A stretch of 64,000 bases of DNA from Urechidicola sp. (GCA_965248525.1 CBDFJO010000003.1:41727-105726), one strand, 5' to 3'; positions 1 through 11,384 are shown, numbered from the stretch's first letter. The notes: generated by a model from the sequence alone, not told the origin. Translations and numbers: made by a program.

Positions 1-516
1 GATAGAGGAGTTACAACTTGCCAATTACATATGCGCATGTTTAATGATGGCGACACTATTTATATCGAGCCATTTAGAGCCAATGCTTTTCCTGTAATCA
101 AAGATTTGGTTGTAGATCGTACTGCTTTTGAGCGTATTCAACAATCTGGAGGGTTTATTTCTGTAAATACATCAGGAAATACACAAGATGCAAATGCAAT
201 TCCTATTGCTAAATCTGCTGCAGATGAAGCTATGGATGCAGCAACATGTATTGGTTGTGGAGCTTGTGTAGCAACCTGTAAAAACTCAAGTGCAATGTTA
301 TTTGTTTCTGCCAAAGTAAGTCAATATGCATTATTACCTCAAGGTCAAGTAGAAGCAACAGATAGAGTAATGAATATGGTTGCTCAAATGGATACTGAAG
401 GTTTTGGAAACTGTACCAATACTGGAGCATGTGAAATTGAATGTCCTAAAGGAATTTCTTTGACCAATATTGCAAGAATGAACAGAGAATATATGAAGGC
501 AACATCAAAAGGATAA
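1..516 (+). CDS. sdhB: Succinate dehydrogenase/fumarate reductase iron-sulfur subunit (5' truncated by window edge)
   Basis: Frame open from base 1; [11 protein letters not shown] and [12 protein letters not shown] ferredoxin motifs. Confidence 0.9.
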   Translation, partial: DRGVTTCQLHMRMFNDGDTIYIEPFRANAFPVIKDLVVDRTAFERIQQSGGFISVNTSGNTQDANAIPIAKSAADEAMDAATCIGCGACVATCKNSSAMLFVSAKVSQYALLPQGQVEATDRVMNMVAQMDTEGFGNCTNTGACEIECPKGISLTNIARMNREYMKATSKG

Positions 517-523
517 TCTAATT

Positions 524-550
524 TGTCATTCTGAGCTTAGCGAAGAATCT
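524..550 (+). repeat. Short intergenic palindromic repeat (TGTCATTCTGAG...GAAGAATCT type)
   Basis: tgtcattctgagcttagcgaagaatct; partial inverted copy ctcagaatgaca at 9026-9037; followed by (aaatctt)x3 at 560-580. Confidence 0.45.
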
Positions 551-629
551 AAAATACTAAAATCTTAAATCTTAAATCTTAAAAAGGTTTGAGATTTTTT
601 GTTTCTTTGAAATAAATACATAAACAAAA

Positions 630-2259
630 GTGGAAAGTCCAATTACATTTTATAACAACCAGTTAAAAAAGCATCTACTAGAGGTTAAAGCATATAAAAA
701 GAAACTAATACAACTTAGTTTGATTCGTTTTCTTGTTTTTTTAGCGACAATTATTGGCGTGTATTTTTCTTTCAAACAAACACAAATTGCAAGCATTCTA
801 GGAATTGTAGGATTGTCCATTTTTCTTTTTTTGTTGAAGAAATATTCGAAAATTAAATCAGAAAAAGAACTGTCAGAGGCACTGATTTGTATAAACAAAG
901 AAGAATTAAAAATTGCTTCTGGAGATTATTTTGATAAAGAACAAGGATTAGAATTTCAAGACCCAAAACAATTTTATAGTTTAGATATTGACTTGTTTGG
1001 GAGAGGCTCTTTCTATCAATTTATCAATAGAACAACGATAAAAGAAGGGTCAAAAAGATTGGCAGACGAACTCACTGCTAATGATGTAAAAAATGTAGTT
1101 TTAAGACAAGAAACACTAAAAGAATTGGCTTCAATTCCAGAATGGAGACAAAATTTCTCTGCAAGTGCAAGTTTGGTACACATTGAAACTCCTGCGAGTA
1201 CAATTATCAATTGGTTGAAAAAGTACAACGTCTTTTTACCAAAAATAATGAAATGGTTGCCGTTGATTTTCGCTATTGTTTCAGCAGTACTTTTAGGACT
1301 GTATTTTATGAGCATTCTCTCTCCATTTCCTGCAATTATTTGGATGTTTTTCGGTCTGTTTATTACAGGAAGATATCTAAAAAAGATATCCGATTTATCT
1401 TCTAATTCCGATAAAATAAAAGATACTTTTAGGCAATATTCAGTGTTGTTAGATAAAATAGAAAATAAGGTTTTCACGTCTGAGATATTAAAAGAAAAAC
1501 AACAGAAAATCACATCAGAAGGAAAAAAAGCATCCATTATTTTTAGCAAATTTTCAAAACTATTAGATGCTTTAGACAGCCGAAACAATATCTTTTTTGC
1601 CATTGTAGGAAATGGCTTTTTGTTGTGGGACTGTAAGCAAAGTTATAAGATAGAGCAGTGGATTAAAGATTACAATCACAAGGTTGAAGATTGGTTTGAA
1701 GTCATCTTCTTTTTTGATGCATACAATTCGTTGGGTAACTTTGTGTTTAACCATCCAACCTATATTTTTCCTGAAATAACAGCTAACAAAACGGCAATTA
1801 ATACAGAAAAATTAGGGCATCCTTTATTGAATGTAGAAAAGCGAATTGACAATGATTTAACAATAAATCAGGAGCAGTTTTTCATCGTTACAGGCTCAAA
1901 TATGGCAGGGAAAAGTACGTTTTTAAGAACTGTTTCTCTTCATATTATAATGGCAAATGTAGGTTTGCCAGTTTGCGCAACAGAAAGTAACTATTTTCCT
2001 GTAAAACTTATTACAAGTATGCGTACTTCAGATTCGTTGACAGACGATAGTTCATATTTCTTTTCAGAATTAACACGTTTAAAATTTATCGTAGATGCCA
2101 TTCAAAAAGAACCGTATTTTATTATTCTTGATGAGATTTTAAAAGGTACAAACAGTACAGACAAAGCAATTGGTTCTCGAAAATTTGTTGAAAAATTGGT
2201 AGCATCAAACGCTACTGGAATTATTGCAACACATGATTTAAGTTTGTGTGAAATAGAAA
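630..2259 (+). pseudogene. MutS-domain-V ATPase with N-terminal TM helices (MutS-related, not canonical MutS), 5' part, interrupted by IS4
   Basis: TGSNMAGKSTFLR, DEILKGTNS, ATHD motifs; ORF runs into IS TIR at 2260. Confidence 0.85.
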
Positions 2260-3537
2260 TTAGCCATCCCCTGTTTTTTTTAGAAATTCTAAATTAAGTT
2301 GTCCGCTACTCTCTATAGGCGGTATTTTTATTATATTCCATCTGCTTTTGGTTGGCATTAGTAGTATGGAAACCACCTTTGATATTTTGTAATAAATGAA
2401 ATTGATTAGTTCCCTCACACTCTGCCTGTTTAGATAGTTATAGCCTGCATTAAGCAACAAGTTAAAATGTAACGCTTGTATTTTCTTGTAAATCATATAC
2501 ATTGCCACAGTCAAAACAGCAAGCATTGACTGTAATCCATCAAAGGTTTTTAGTTGAATATCTTCCAATTTATATTCTTGTTTTATATGTCTGTGATATT
2601 CTTCTATTTTCCATCGTAAACCATACCCTTTAAAAGCCCATTTAGCAACTTCTATAGCTGTAGAAAGTTTGCTTTTGACAAGTAAATAACAGAGACCTCC
2701 GTGTCTTACATTTCTCGAAACGACTAACCACAATGAGAGTGTAACTCCCTTTATGGTGTAATTTATTGGGATTGCTCCTAATTGATACTCTTTTAAAACA
2801 GGTTTGTTTTTCTTTACCTTGGTCACTGTTTGTGTTATTGAAAAATCTATTTTTTTAAGAAGTTGGCTTACTTGTAACTCATTCTCTTTATGGTATAATT
2901 TTGTGTTTCTCTTCAAGCGAATGATTGTTTGTGAGCATTCACTGACAAAAAAATCTTTTAAAATACCACTATCTGCTCCTCTATCAAAAACCCAACAGCC
3001 TCTATGGGCTACATATTTCTGTACTTCTCTTACGGCTTTTTTTATTTCATTATTACTGCTTAATGCCCCCATTTCAAAACTATAAGCTTTGCTATAAAGA
3101 GGTGTTATTTCTTTATGATTGCTAATCACATTTATGTTTAAGACATTATAACCAAGTCCGATTTTGCTAGTATCACCATCCTTTACAAACTCCAAGCCCT
3201 CCATATATTTAGCATATTTTTTGCTGATGTCAGTACCGTCCATAAGAATAAAATTATCTTTTGAAATACTATTTCCAACGGTTTCAAGGTGAGTAGTCAT
3301 CACTTTTTCTGCATAATCTCCCTTTAAGTATTGAGCAGAAAGGCGCTTGCAAACATCTTTCAATTTTATAGACTCTCGTAAACTAGCTGCTATTTGATTT
3401 ACAAATACAGATTTTGACTTTAAAATTCCTAAAACCATCTCTTTTAAACAACGTGTTTCTGGTTTGGTCATTTCTGAATTAGATAAAAAATAGTCACTTA
3501 ATTGGGTTTGTATCTTTTTTGTTAGTATCTTGCTCAT
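2260..3537 (-). CDS. IS4-family DDE transposase
   Basis: DGT..., DRG..., YGLRWKIEEYHRHIK (Y-R-E-K signature); stop lies inside the TIR. Confidence 0.9.
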   Translation of the reverse strand: MSKILTKKIQTQLSDYFLSNSEMTKPETRCLKEMVLGILKSKSVFVNQIAASLRESIKLKDVCKRLSAQYLKGDYAEKVMTTHLETVGNSISKDNFILMDGTDISKKYAKYMEGLEFVKDGDTSKIGLGYNVLNINVISNHKEITPLYSKAYSFEMGALSSNNEIKKAVREVQKYVAHRGCWVFDRGADSGILKDFFVSECSQTIIRLKRNTKLYHKENELQVSQLLKKIDFSITQTVTKVKKNKPVLKEYQLGAIPINYTIKGVTLSLWLVVSRNVRHGGLCYLLVKSKLSTAIEVAKWAFKGYGLRWKIEEYHRHIKQEYKLEDIQLKTFDGLQSMLAVLTVAMYMIYKKIQALHFNLLLNAGYNYLNRQSVRELINFIYYKISKVVSILLMPTKSRWNIIKIPPIESSGQLNLEFLKKTGDG

Positions 3538-3681
3538 AGAACTGTTTTTAAGGTGATTTTGCTTTTTTTACAAGAACAAAATACAACTTTTTAAACAGTT
3601 TTCCAATTTTAAATCAACCGAAATTATCAATAAATTCAATACTTAACGAAGTATTTAATTCGTTTTTCGGGGGATGGCTAA
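2260..3681 (-). mobile_element. IS4-family insertion sequence
   Basis: 12-bp perfect TIR ttagccatcccc/ggggatggctaa; 11-bp target duplication tgaaatagaaa (2249-2259, 3682-3692). Confidence 0.92.
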
Positions 3682-3833
3682 TGAAATAGAAAAGGAGTTG
3701 GAAGACGTCAAAAATTACTACTTTGACGCAGAGATACTTAATGACGAACTCTATTTTGACTACACCTTTAAAAAGGGGGGGTTGTAAAAACATGAATGCT
3801 TCTTTTTTATTAAGGAAGATGGAGATAATTTAG
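3682..3833 (+). pseudogene. 3' remnant of the MutS-related gene
   Basis: Continues EIEKELEDVKNYYFDAEILNDELYFDYTFKK; extra G in a G7 run, then CKNMNASFLLRKMEII* in shifted frame. Confidence 0.8.
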
Positions 3834-3937
3834 AAGAATGTTGTTAATCCATATTCTGTAATCTTATTTAAAGGAAAAAGATTCTTTTTAATAAAAAACC
3901 ATTAACTTCGTTCAAATTAAATTTAATCAAATAAGTT

Positions 3938-4316
3938 ATGCTTTCCAATCACATATTACCAAACAATGCGACTAAACTACAGGATTATCCAAAAGATATT
4001 CCTTTGGTTATGCTTAATATTTTAAGGTTCAAAGCCAAAACAAGCACCAACGAAACAGGACAAAAAGCCTATACTCGTTAAAAATGCATCACCATTTGTA
4101 GAAAAATCTGGCGCAAAATTAATTTGGAAAGGGCAAGTTCATAATACAGTTATTGGAAATTCAGAACTACAGCCTCATATTGTGTTTTTGGTAGAATATC
4201 CAACAGTAAATCATTTCTTTGCAATGATTACCAATCCTGAGTATCAAAAAATAGCAAATGATAGATCTCTTGCATTAGAATATGGAGGTTTAATGGCTTG
4301 TCAAAACGCACAGTAA
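3938..4316 (+). pseudogene. DUF1330-like protein, frameshifted
   Basis: MLNILRFK...AYTR* (stop 4079-4081) then KNASPFVEKSGAKLIWKG...LVEYP...EYQKIANDRSLAL in another frame. Confidence 0.7.
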
Positions 4317-6410
4317 ATGGAAAGTGTAAAAACACATTATCGCACATGCAACCTTTGTGAAGCGATGTGCGGACTAAAAATCACCTATCAAGATAAAATC
4401 ATTCTAAAAATAGAAGGAGACAAAGAAGATGAATTGAGTAAAGGACATATTTGCCCTAAAGCAGTCGCTTTACAAGATTTATATCATGACAAAGATCGGC
4501 TGAAAACACCGATAAAAAGAACTAAAAATGGTTGGATAGACATTTCTTGGGAAGATGCCTTTGATGAGATTACAGAAAAGATAAAATCTATCCAAAATAA
4601 ATATGGTAAAAATGCTATTGGTTCTTATCGAGGAAATCCAACAGTGCATAATATAGGCTTGATGTTGTTTGGTGCGCCATTTATGCAAAGTATTGGTTCT
4701 AATCAAAAATATACCGCAACTTCGGTAGATCAATTACCACATCATTTTGCTTCATTGATGATGTTTGGTCACTATTTATTATTTCCGATTCCAGATATTG
4801 ATCGTACTGACTTTATGTTGATTATGGGCGGAAATCCTGCTGTTTCTAACGGAAGTATTATGACTGCTCCTAATTTTTCTAACCGATTAAAAGCAATAAA
4901 AAAACGAGGAGGAAAAGTTGTTGTTATTGATCCAAGATTTACAGAAACTTCTAAAATAGCGAGCGAACATCACTTTATAAAACCAGGAACAGATGCTTTT
5001 TTATTATTGGCAATGATTCATGTGGTTTTTAAAGAAAATCTCGCAACTCAAGGGCACTTAGAAGGACATTTGAATGGTTGGGACACTATAAAAGAGTTGG
5101 TAAAAGAATATTCTCCAAAGAAAATAGAGAATATTGTTGGGATAGACTCAGTATCAATTACTAAATTAGCACAAGAGTTTGCAAATTCTAAAACGGCGGT
5201 TTGCTACGGAAGGTTAGGACTCTCTACACAAGAATTTGGAGGTCTATGTCAGTGGTTAGTCAATGTTTTAAATGTGATTACTGGAAATTTAGATATACAA
5301 GGAGGCGCATTATTCACTAAACCTGCAATTGATATTGTTGGGATGTCAAAAATGACAGGGAAAACAGGAAGTTTTAATAAGCGTCAATCGAGAGTTCATA
5401 AGTTGCCAGAATTTACAGGGGAATTTCCTGTTGCTACTTTGGCTGACGAAATTTTGACAGAAGGCACAGATCAGATAAAAATAATGATTACCATTGCTGG
5501 AAATCCTGTGTTATCAACTCCAAATGGTCAGCATTTGGAAAAAGCCTTTGAGTCATTAGAATATATGGTTGCGATTGATATTTATTTAAATGAAACAACC
5601 AAACATGCCGATATTATTTTGCCAACAACTACAGGTTTAGAAACACCTTTATATGATTTGGTTTTTCATCAGTTTGCGATAAGAAATACGGCTAAATATT
5701 CTGAAATTCTTTTTGAAAAAAAAGAAAATCAACGTCACGATTGGGAAATCTTAAAAGAATTATCAACACGAATAAGTGGACAAGAAAACCCATTAAATTT
5801 AGAGCAAACATTGGATTATATATTGCAATTTAGTAGTTACCAAGAACCAAAATTATCTGTTGAGGAGCTAAAAAAACATCCTCATGGAATAGATTATGGA
5901 GACTTAAAACCACAATTACCAAAACGTTTATTTACTGATGATAAAAAAGTACAATTAGCACACCCTCTTTTTGTTGCAGATTTGAAGCGTCTGTATGAGA
6001 GGTTTATACGAAAAGAAGATGTATATCCATTTTACTTAATTGGCAGAAGGCATCTGCGTTCTAACAATTCTTGGATGCATAATAGTGAACGAATGATAAA
6101 AGGTAGAGAACGCTGTACATTGCTGATTCACTCAAAAGATGCTGACACATTGAATATTAAAGAAAGTCAAAAAGTTACTGTAACATCAAATGTTGGTGAA
6201 ATAAAAATTCCCATTGAAATTACAGATACGATGATGCAAGGTGTTGTAAGTATTCCTCATGGTTGGGGACATCATAGAGAAGGGACGAATATGGAAATTG
6301 CTCAAAAAAATGCAGGAGTTAGCCTAAATGATTTGACTAATAATATGCAATTAGATACGTTAACTGGCAATGCTGATTTTAGCGGAACAAGAGTTAAAAT
6401 TGAAGCGTAA
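4317..6410 (+). CDS. Molybdopterin-dependent oxidoreductase (DMSO reductase superfamily)
   Basis: CNLCEAMCG...HICPK Fe-S motif; VVVIDPRFTET; C-terminal molydop-binding IPHGWGH. Confidence 0.88.
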   Translation: MESVKTHYRTCNLCEAMCGLKITYQDKIILKIEGDKEDELSKGHICPKAVALQDLYHDKDRLKTPIKRTKNGWIDISWEDAFDEITEKIKSIQNKYGKNAIGSYRGNPTVHNIGLMLFGAPFMQSIGSNQKYTATSVDQLPHHFASLMMFGHYLLFPIPDIDRTDFMLIMGGNPAVSNGSIMTAPNFSNRLKAIKKRGGKVVVIDPRFTETSKIASEHHFIKPGTDAFLLLAMIHVVFKENLATQGHLEGHLNGWDTIKELVKEYSPKKIENIVGIDSVSITKLAQEFANSKTAVCYGRLGLSTQEFGGLCQWLVNVLNVITGNLDIQGGALFTKPAIDIVGMSKMTGKTGSFNKRQSRVHKLPEFTGEFPVATLADEILTEGTDQIKIMITIAGNPVLSTPNGQHLEKAFESLEYMVAIDIYLNETTKHADIILPTTTGLETPLYDLVFHQFAIRNTAKYSEILFEKKENQRHDWEILKELSTRISGQENPLNLEQTLDYILQFSSYQEPKLSVEELKKHPHGIDYGDLKPQLPKRLFTDDKKVQLAHPLFVADLKRLYERFIRKEDVYPFYLIGRRHLRSNNSWMHNSERMIKGRERCTLLIHSKDADTLNIKESQKVTVTSNVGEIKIPIEITDTMMQGVVSIPHGWGHHREGTNMEIAQKNAGVSLNDLTNNMQLDTLTGNADFSGTRVKIEA

Positions 6411-7190
6411 ATGCAAGAAAAACTAAACATCACAATCATTCAATCAGATATTGTTTGGAATAATCCAACGGAAAACAGGCGTATTTTTACTAAAAAAATT
6501 ACTTCTATTTCTTCAACTATTGATATTGTTGTGCTCCCAGAAATGTTTACAACAGGATTTTCCATGCATCCAGAAAAATCTGCTGAATCAATGAATGAGA
6601 AAACTGTTCTTTGGATGAGAAAACTTGCTAAAGAACAACAACTTGCCATTATAGGAAGTTTAATCATCAAAGAAGATAAAAAATACTACAATCGCTTGAT
6701 TTTTGCACATCCAAATGGAGAAATAGACACGTATGATAAGCGCCATTTGTTTACGTATGGAGGAGAGGATAAAGTTTATATAACTGGAAATAAACGATTG
6801 ATTGTTGAGTATAAAGGATGGAAAATTTGTCCGATGATTTGTTATGATTTGCGTTTTCCTGTTTGGTCTAGAAATAATGATGATTATGATATATTAATTT
6901 ATGTTGCTAATTGGCCAAAGCCTAGAATTTCTGCTTGGGACACATTATTAAAAGCTCGAGCCATAGAAAATATGTGTTACGTAATTGGTCTCAACAGAGT
7001 AGGAGTTGACGCAAATAAGTTAGAGTATGTTGGACATTCACAAGTTCTAGATATGCTTGGAAAAAAATTAATTAATAATGATATAGAAAAAGAAACTATT
7101 TTTCAAGTTCCTCTTGATAAAAAGAAACTAATTGAAATTAGAAATAAATTCCAGTTTTTAAATGACAAAGACTCATTTTCTATAGAGTAA
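6411..7190 (+). CDS. Nitrilase-family amidohydrolase (omega-amidase YafV-like)
   Basis: LPEMFTTGF, YDKRHLF, ICYDLRFP catalytic E-K-C. Confidence 0.88.
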   Translation: MQEKLNITIIQSDIVWNNPTENRRIFTKKITSISSTIDIVVLPEMFTTGFSMHPEKSAESMNEKTVLWMRKLAKEQQLAIIGSLIIKEDKKYYNRLIFAHPNGEIDTYDKRHLFTYGGEDKVYITGNKRLIVEYKGWKICPMICYDLRFPVWSRNNDDYDILIYVANWPKPRISAWDTLLKARAIENMCYVIGLNRVGVDANKLEYVGHSQVLDMLGKKLINNDIEKETIFQVPLDKKKLIEIRNKFQFLNDKDSFSIE

Positions 7191-7214
7191 TGAGTCTTTG
7201 ATTGGTATAAATTT

Positions 7215-8207
7215 TTAAATAGGATTCATCCATTTAAAATCAAACTTTGTATCAGGAATTACAATGCGTTCAGTAATACGATACATTCTCGCAGGCAATT
7301 TCATCAAATAATCACGTGCCTTTTCAGCTTCGTCAGTTAAACCTGTAATCTTATCTATTTCCCATGATTTGTTTAATTTTTCTATAATGTTTACATAATC
7401 AAAACCAGTATATACTCCTACACGTTGTGCAACCATAGAGAATTGGTCAAACAAAGAGCCTTTTGTTTCAAAAGATTCTCTTAAATGCATTCCAGGCATT
7501 ACAATTTTATGTTTCATCATATGCTGAAAAGCCAACATCATTTCGCTTGCATCATGTTGAAAAATTTGCTTAACAAATTCTACATAAGCCAAGTGATGGC
7601 GCATTTCATCACCTGCAATAATTTTATTCATTTTAGAGAGTAATTTGAACCCTTTTTTACGTGCAATTTTAGCAACATTATTATGAGAAATATAAGTTGC
7701 TAATTCTTGAAAACTTGTATAAACAAAGTTCTTATAAGGATCGCGCGCAGTACCAATATCAAAACCATCAGCAATTAAATGTTGTGTTGTGATTTCAACT
7801 TCGCGCATGTTTATTCTTCCAGATAAATATAGTATTTTATTGAGCACATCTCCATGTCTGTTTTCTTCTGCTGTCCATGCTCTAAGCCATTTTGCCCAAC
7901 CATTATCTCCACCACTATCACTGTGTTGTGAAACGCCTTCAACGTCAAGTAGCCAAGATTCATAAGTTGGTAATGCTTCTTCGGTAATCGTATCGCCAAC
8001 CATACATACCCAAAAATCATCACCTAAATCTTTAGATATTTCTTGAATTTCTTTTACCTCTTCAATAAAGGAATCACTTTGTGAGTTTGGTAAAAAATCT
8101 GTTGGTTGCCAAATTTTTTCTGGAGTTATTAGAAATTTATTTACAAACGTTTCGATGTTCTTCTCGAGAGTTTGCATTACTTCTAATCGAATGTTGTGTA
8201 ATGACAT
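7215..8207 (-). CDS. Acyl-ACP desaturase
   Basis: TEEALPTY, WTAEENRHGD, FQELAT, DEMRH diiron motifs. Confidence 0.9.
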   Translation of the reverse strand: MSLHNIRLEVMQTLEKNIETFVNKFLITPEKIWQPTDFLPNSQSDSFIEEVKEIQEISKDLGDDFWVCMVGDTITEEALPTYESWLLDVEGVSQHSDSGGDNGWAKWLRAWTAEENRHGDVLNKILYLSGRINMREVEITTQHLIADGFDIGTARDPYKNFVYTSFQELATYISHNNVAKIARKKGFKLLSKMNKIIAGDEMRHHLAYVEFVKQIFQHDASEMMLAFQHMMKHKIVMPGMHLRESFETKGSLFDQFSMVAQRVGVYTGFDYVNIIEKLNKSWEIDKITGLTDEAEKARDYLMKLPARMYRITERIVIPDTKFDFKWMNPI

Positions 8208-8218
8208 ATTTGCTTATT

Positions 8219-8968
8219 TTAAGTCTGTAATATTACAGCATTTTTAATTGTTTGTTCCGTTTTATCAAACAAATTTTCAAAAGAGTTAAATTTAACTTCA
8301 ATTGGTTTGTGAACTTCAAAAGTTAAATGTATTCCAATCGCTAAAGGAAATGTCCTTTTTTCTAATAATTTCCATGAATTGTTAATTGTGATGGGAATAA
8401 CATAAGAAGACGGCATAAACTTGACCAATGTTTTAAAACCATTATTAGAAAATTTCTTTGGAACACCAGTTTTACTTCGTGTTCCTTCAGGAAAAATAAC
8501 TGCTGAACGGTTATTCTTCTCAAGATATTTTCCAAAGTTAATAAGTGCAGTAATGGCTTGTTTTGGATTTTTTCGATCAATTAATACAGAGCCTCCATGC
8601 TTTAGATTATAAGATATACTTGGCAGCCCTTTACCTAATTCTTTTTTTGAAACAAACTTAGGATGGTGTTTTCTAAAAAACCAAGATATAGGAGAAATAT
8701 CATACAAACTTTGATGATTAGATACAATAATTAAAGGAACATCACCAGGAATACTTTGTTTGTTGATGAAAGTTATCCTTGTTCCCAGTATATATAAACA
8801 AGAAACTAAACAAAGATTAAATACATCAACTACCTTTTTATGTGCCTTGTATCCAAATATGTTATGGGCAAACCATTGTATAGGATGAAAAATTAACAGC
8901 GTACATCCAAAGAACAAATAATAAATTATTGTCAACGGATATGCTATTGTTTTTTTAAAGAATGACAT
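8219..8968 (-). CDS. plsC: 1-acyl-sn-glycerol-3-phosphate acyltransferase
   Basis: NHQSLYD and FPEGTRS motifs. Confidence 0.85.
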   Translation of the reverse strand: MSFFKKTIAYPLTIIYYLFFGCTLLIFHPIQWFAHNIFGYKAHKKVVDVFNLCLVSCLYILGTRITFINKQSIPGDVPLIIVSNHQSLYDISPISWFFRKHHPKFVSKKELGKGLPSISYNLKHGGSVLIDRKNPKQAITALINFGKYLEKNNRSAVIFPEGTRSKTGVPKKFSNNGFKTLVKFMPSSYVIPITINNSWKLLEKRTFPLAIGIHLTFEVHKPIEVKFNSFENLFDKTEQTIKNAVILQT

Positions 8969-9041
8969 TGAAAAAGAAAAGGTTTCTATAGATCATTTTT
9001 GAGCAAAGGCGAAAATACGTTAACACTCAGAATGACAATTA

Positions 9042-9461
9042 TTACATATTAAACCATTGACTCCAAGGAATTCTTGATAAAACTAATAGCAATGCTATTC
9101 CGTAAAAAATGGCAATTTTTTTAAATTTACCGTCGTCTGTTGCTTGCTTTTTGTGTTTTGACCATCCAATAGTAACAAATACAATTGCGAGTATCATAAG
9201 TATAGGATGCTCTACTGCTAATAGACGGTTACTTGCATCAATACCGTCTGCTTTCATTGATTTATACCAAGGAGACATAAAATACCATCCAAAACCTATT
9301 AAAAGCTGTATATGCATTACTATAAGTGTGAAAAGTGAAATGCGAAGATCTTTGTCCTTAAATTCTCTTTTAGAAATATAACCCATAATAGCATTTACTG
9401 TAGCAAGAATTAAGATTATTAAAGCAAGGTATGCCCAATAAGAGTGAATCATTTTCATCAT
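9042..9461 (-). CDS. Conserved four-TM membrane protein
   Basis: Hydrophobic segments, HSYWAY...HIQLLIG...EHP; start chosen at MMKMIHS. Confidence 0.6.
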   Translation of the reverse strand: MMKMIHSYWAYLALIILILATVNAIMGYISKREFKDKDLRISLFTLIVMHIQLLIGFGWYFMSPWYKSMKADGIDASNRLLAVEHPILMILAIVFVTIGWSKHKKQATDDGKFKKIAIFYGIALLLVLSRIPWSQWFNM

Positions 9462-9562
9462 AATGTAGTTTGTTTTAGTTTTGGTAAATGTAATAAATTT
9501 TAAGCATAAAAAAACCGCCAATTATGTTGACAGTTTTAAGTATTTTAGAATATTCTAACTAA

Positions 9563-9795
9563 TTAGAATTTATAACTTGCAGTTGTTTTTAAGTAACCAT
9601 CATTTGCCATACCTCCCATTTTTGTCTGTAGATCTCATCACAAAGTTTCAGTACCACCAACAGAAGAAATAGCTAGTTTAAAGCTCCTAATCCTCTCTGT
9701 ATTTGTACAACACTTGCAATATCAAATAATCCAGACCAGTTAGACCAAAACATTTTACTATCTCCTATACTGTTAATTGGTTGACCGTTTAAAAA
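9563..9795 (-). pseudogene. Deleted remnant of a TonB-dependent receptor
   Basis: LNGQPIN...FWSNWSGLFDIASVVQIQRGLGA / ISSVGGT / NDGYLKTTASY plug-domain pieces joined directly to terminal KF*. Confidence 0.72.
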
Positions 9796-9812
9796 GTGGT
9801 GTTTTCAACAAT

Positions 9813-11384
9813 TTAATGCTGTGTATCTATTTTATAAGCCAATTCTTTACCCAATTCTACTCCAAATTGGTCAAAACTATAAATATTCCAAATAATTCCT
9901 TGAACGAATATTTTATGTTCGTACATAGCAATTAGAGTCCCTAAGTTTCTTGGAGTCAGCTTTTTAATCAAGATTGTATTTGTAGGTTTATTCCCCTCAA
10001 AAACCTTAAAAGAAAGTAGTTTTTCTATGCTTTCTGCTTTTCCTTGGAATTTTAAATCAAGATGTACTTCTTCTTTCGTTTTTCCTGTGGCAAGTGCTTG
10101 AGTTTGTGCATAAAAATTTGCCATTAATTTTTTGTGGTGTTCATTATTTCCATAAAGTGACTCTTCAAAACCGATAAAATCTGCGGGAATTAATTTTGTT
10201 CCTTGATGAATGAGTTGCATAAAAGTATGTTGTGCATTTGTTCCTGCACTCCCCCAAATGATACTTCCTGTTTGATAATCTATCTTATTTCCATTTCTAT
10301 CTACCGCTTTTCCGTTACTTTCCATACTAACCTGTTGCAAGTATGCCGGAAATTTATTTAGATATTGAGAGTATGGTAAAATTACTTCCGTTTCACTACC
10401 AAAAAAGTTGTTATACCATATTCCGATAAGTGCTAATATAACAGGAATGTTTTTGTCAAATGATGTCTTTTTGAAGTGCTCATCCATCTCTGATGCGCCT
10501 TTTAAAAGTTGATTGAAATTATCAAAACCAACAGCCAAACTAATAGATAAACCAACAGTTGACCATAATGAAAAACGTCCTCCAACCCAATTCCACATTG
10601 TAAAAATGTTTTCTTTTTCGATACCAAACGCTGTTACATCTTTTAGATTTGTAGATACGGCAACAAAATGTTTTTTGATGGCTTTTTCATCAGCAGTTTC
10701 TAAAAACCATTTTCTAATTGTTGTTACATTAGTTAGCGTTTCTTGCGTTGTAAAAGTTTTAGAAACAATCACAAAAAGTGTTGTTTCTGGATTTAATTTT
10801 TTTATAATTTCTTGAACATGATCACCATCTATATTAGAAATAAAATGAACGTTTAGGTGGTTTTTATAATATTTGAGAGCGTCAACAACCATGTCTGGAC
10901 CTAAATCAGAACCTCCAATTCCTATATTGACAATATCCGTTATTTTTTTATTTGTATAACCTTTCCAAACTCCAGAAATAACACTATTTGTAAAGTTTTT
11001 AATTTGTGAAAGTGTTTGTTTTATTTCAGGTAAAATATCAATTCCGTCAACAAGAATTAGGCTATTTTTTTGAGTTCTCAATGCTGAATGTAGTACGGCT
11101 CTTTCTTCAGTTTCGTTTATTTTTTCTCCACTAAAACACTTTTCAATAGCATCTTGCAAATCTACTTCATTGGCAAGTTCAATCAAATGATTTACAGTTT
11201 CTTGTGTGATATTGTTTTTAGAAAAATCAACAGAAAAATCATTAAAGTTGACTGTGAAATCTTCTTTTCTATGAGAATTTTCATTAAATAATTTCTTTAA
11301 ATGAATATCTTTTGTTTCAGTAAAATGTTGTGTTAATTCTTGCCAAGCATTTGTTTGAATTGGGTTTATCCTTTTTAATGTCAT
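9813..11384 (-). CDS. pgi: Glucose-6-phosphate isomerase
   Basis: [35 protein letters not shown]. Confidence 0.96.
   Translation of the reverse strand: MTLKRINPIQTNAWQELTQHFTETKDIHLKKLFNENSHRKEDFTVNFNDFSVDFSKNNITQETVNHLIELANEVDLQDAIEKCFSGEKINETEERAVLHSALRTQKNSLILVDGIDILPEIKQTLSQIKNFTNSVISGVWKGYTNKKITDIVNIGIGGSDLGPDMVVDALKYYKNHLNVHFISNIDGDHVQEIIKKLNPETTLFVIVSKTFTTQETLTNVTTIRKWFLETADEKAIKKHFVAVSTNLKDVTAFGIEKENIFTMWNWVGGRFSLWSTVGLSISLAVGFDNFNQLLKGASEMDEHFKKTSFDKNIPVILALIGIWYNNFFGSETEVILPYSQYLNKFPAYLQQVSMESNGKAVDRNGNKIDYQTGSIIWGSAGTNAQHTFMQLIHQGTKLIPADFIGFEESLYGNNEHHKKLMANFYAQTQALATGKTKEEVHLDLKFQGKAESIEKLLSFKVFEGNKPTNTILIKKLTPRNLGTLIAMYEHKIFVQGIIWNIYSFDQFGVELGKELAYKIDTQH

Noticed and set aside
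3774-3781. Phase variation at homopolymer runs (G7 here, A7 in merC at 21429-21435)
   Set aside because: Cannot be told apart from sequencing error or post-inactivation drift, and both genes have a second lesion.
630-3833. Mutator phenotype from the broken MutS-like gene explaining the decay
   Set aside because: The protein has TM helices and only the ATPase domain; it is not canonical mismatch-repair MutS, so the link is unsupported.
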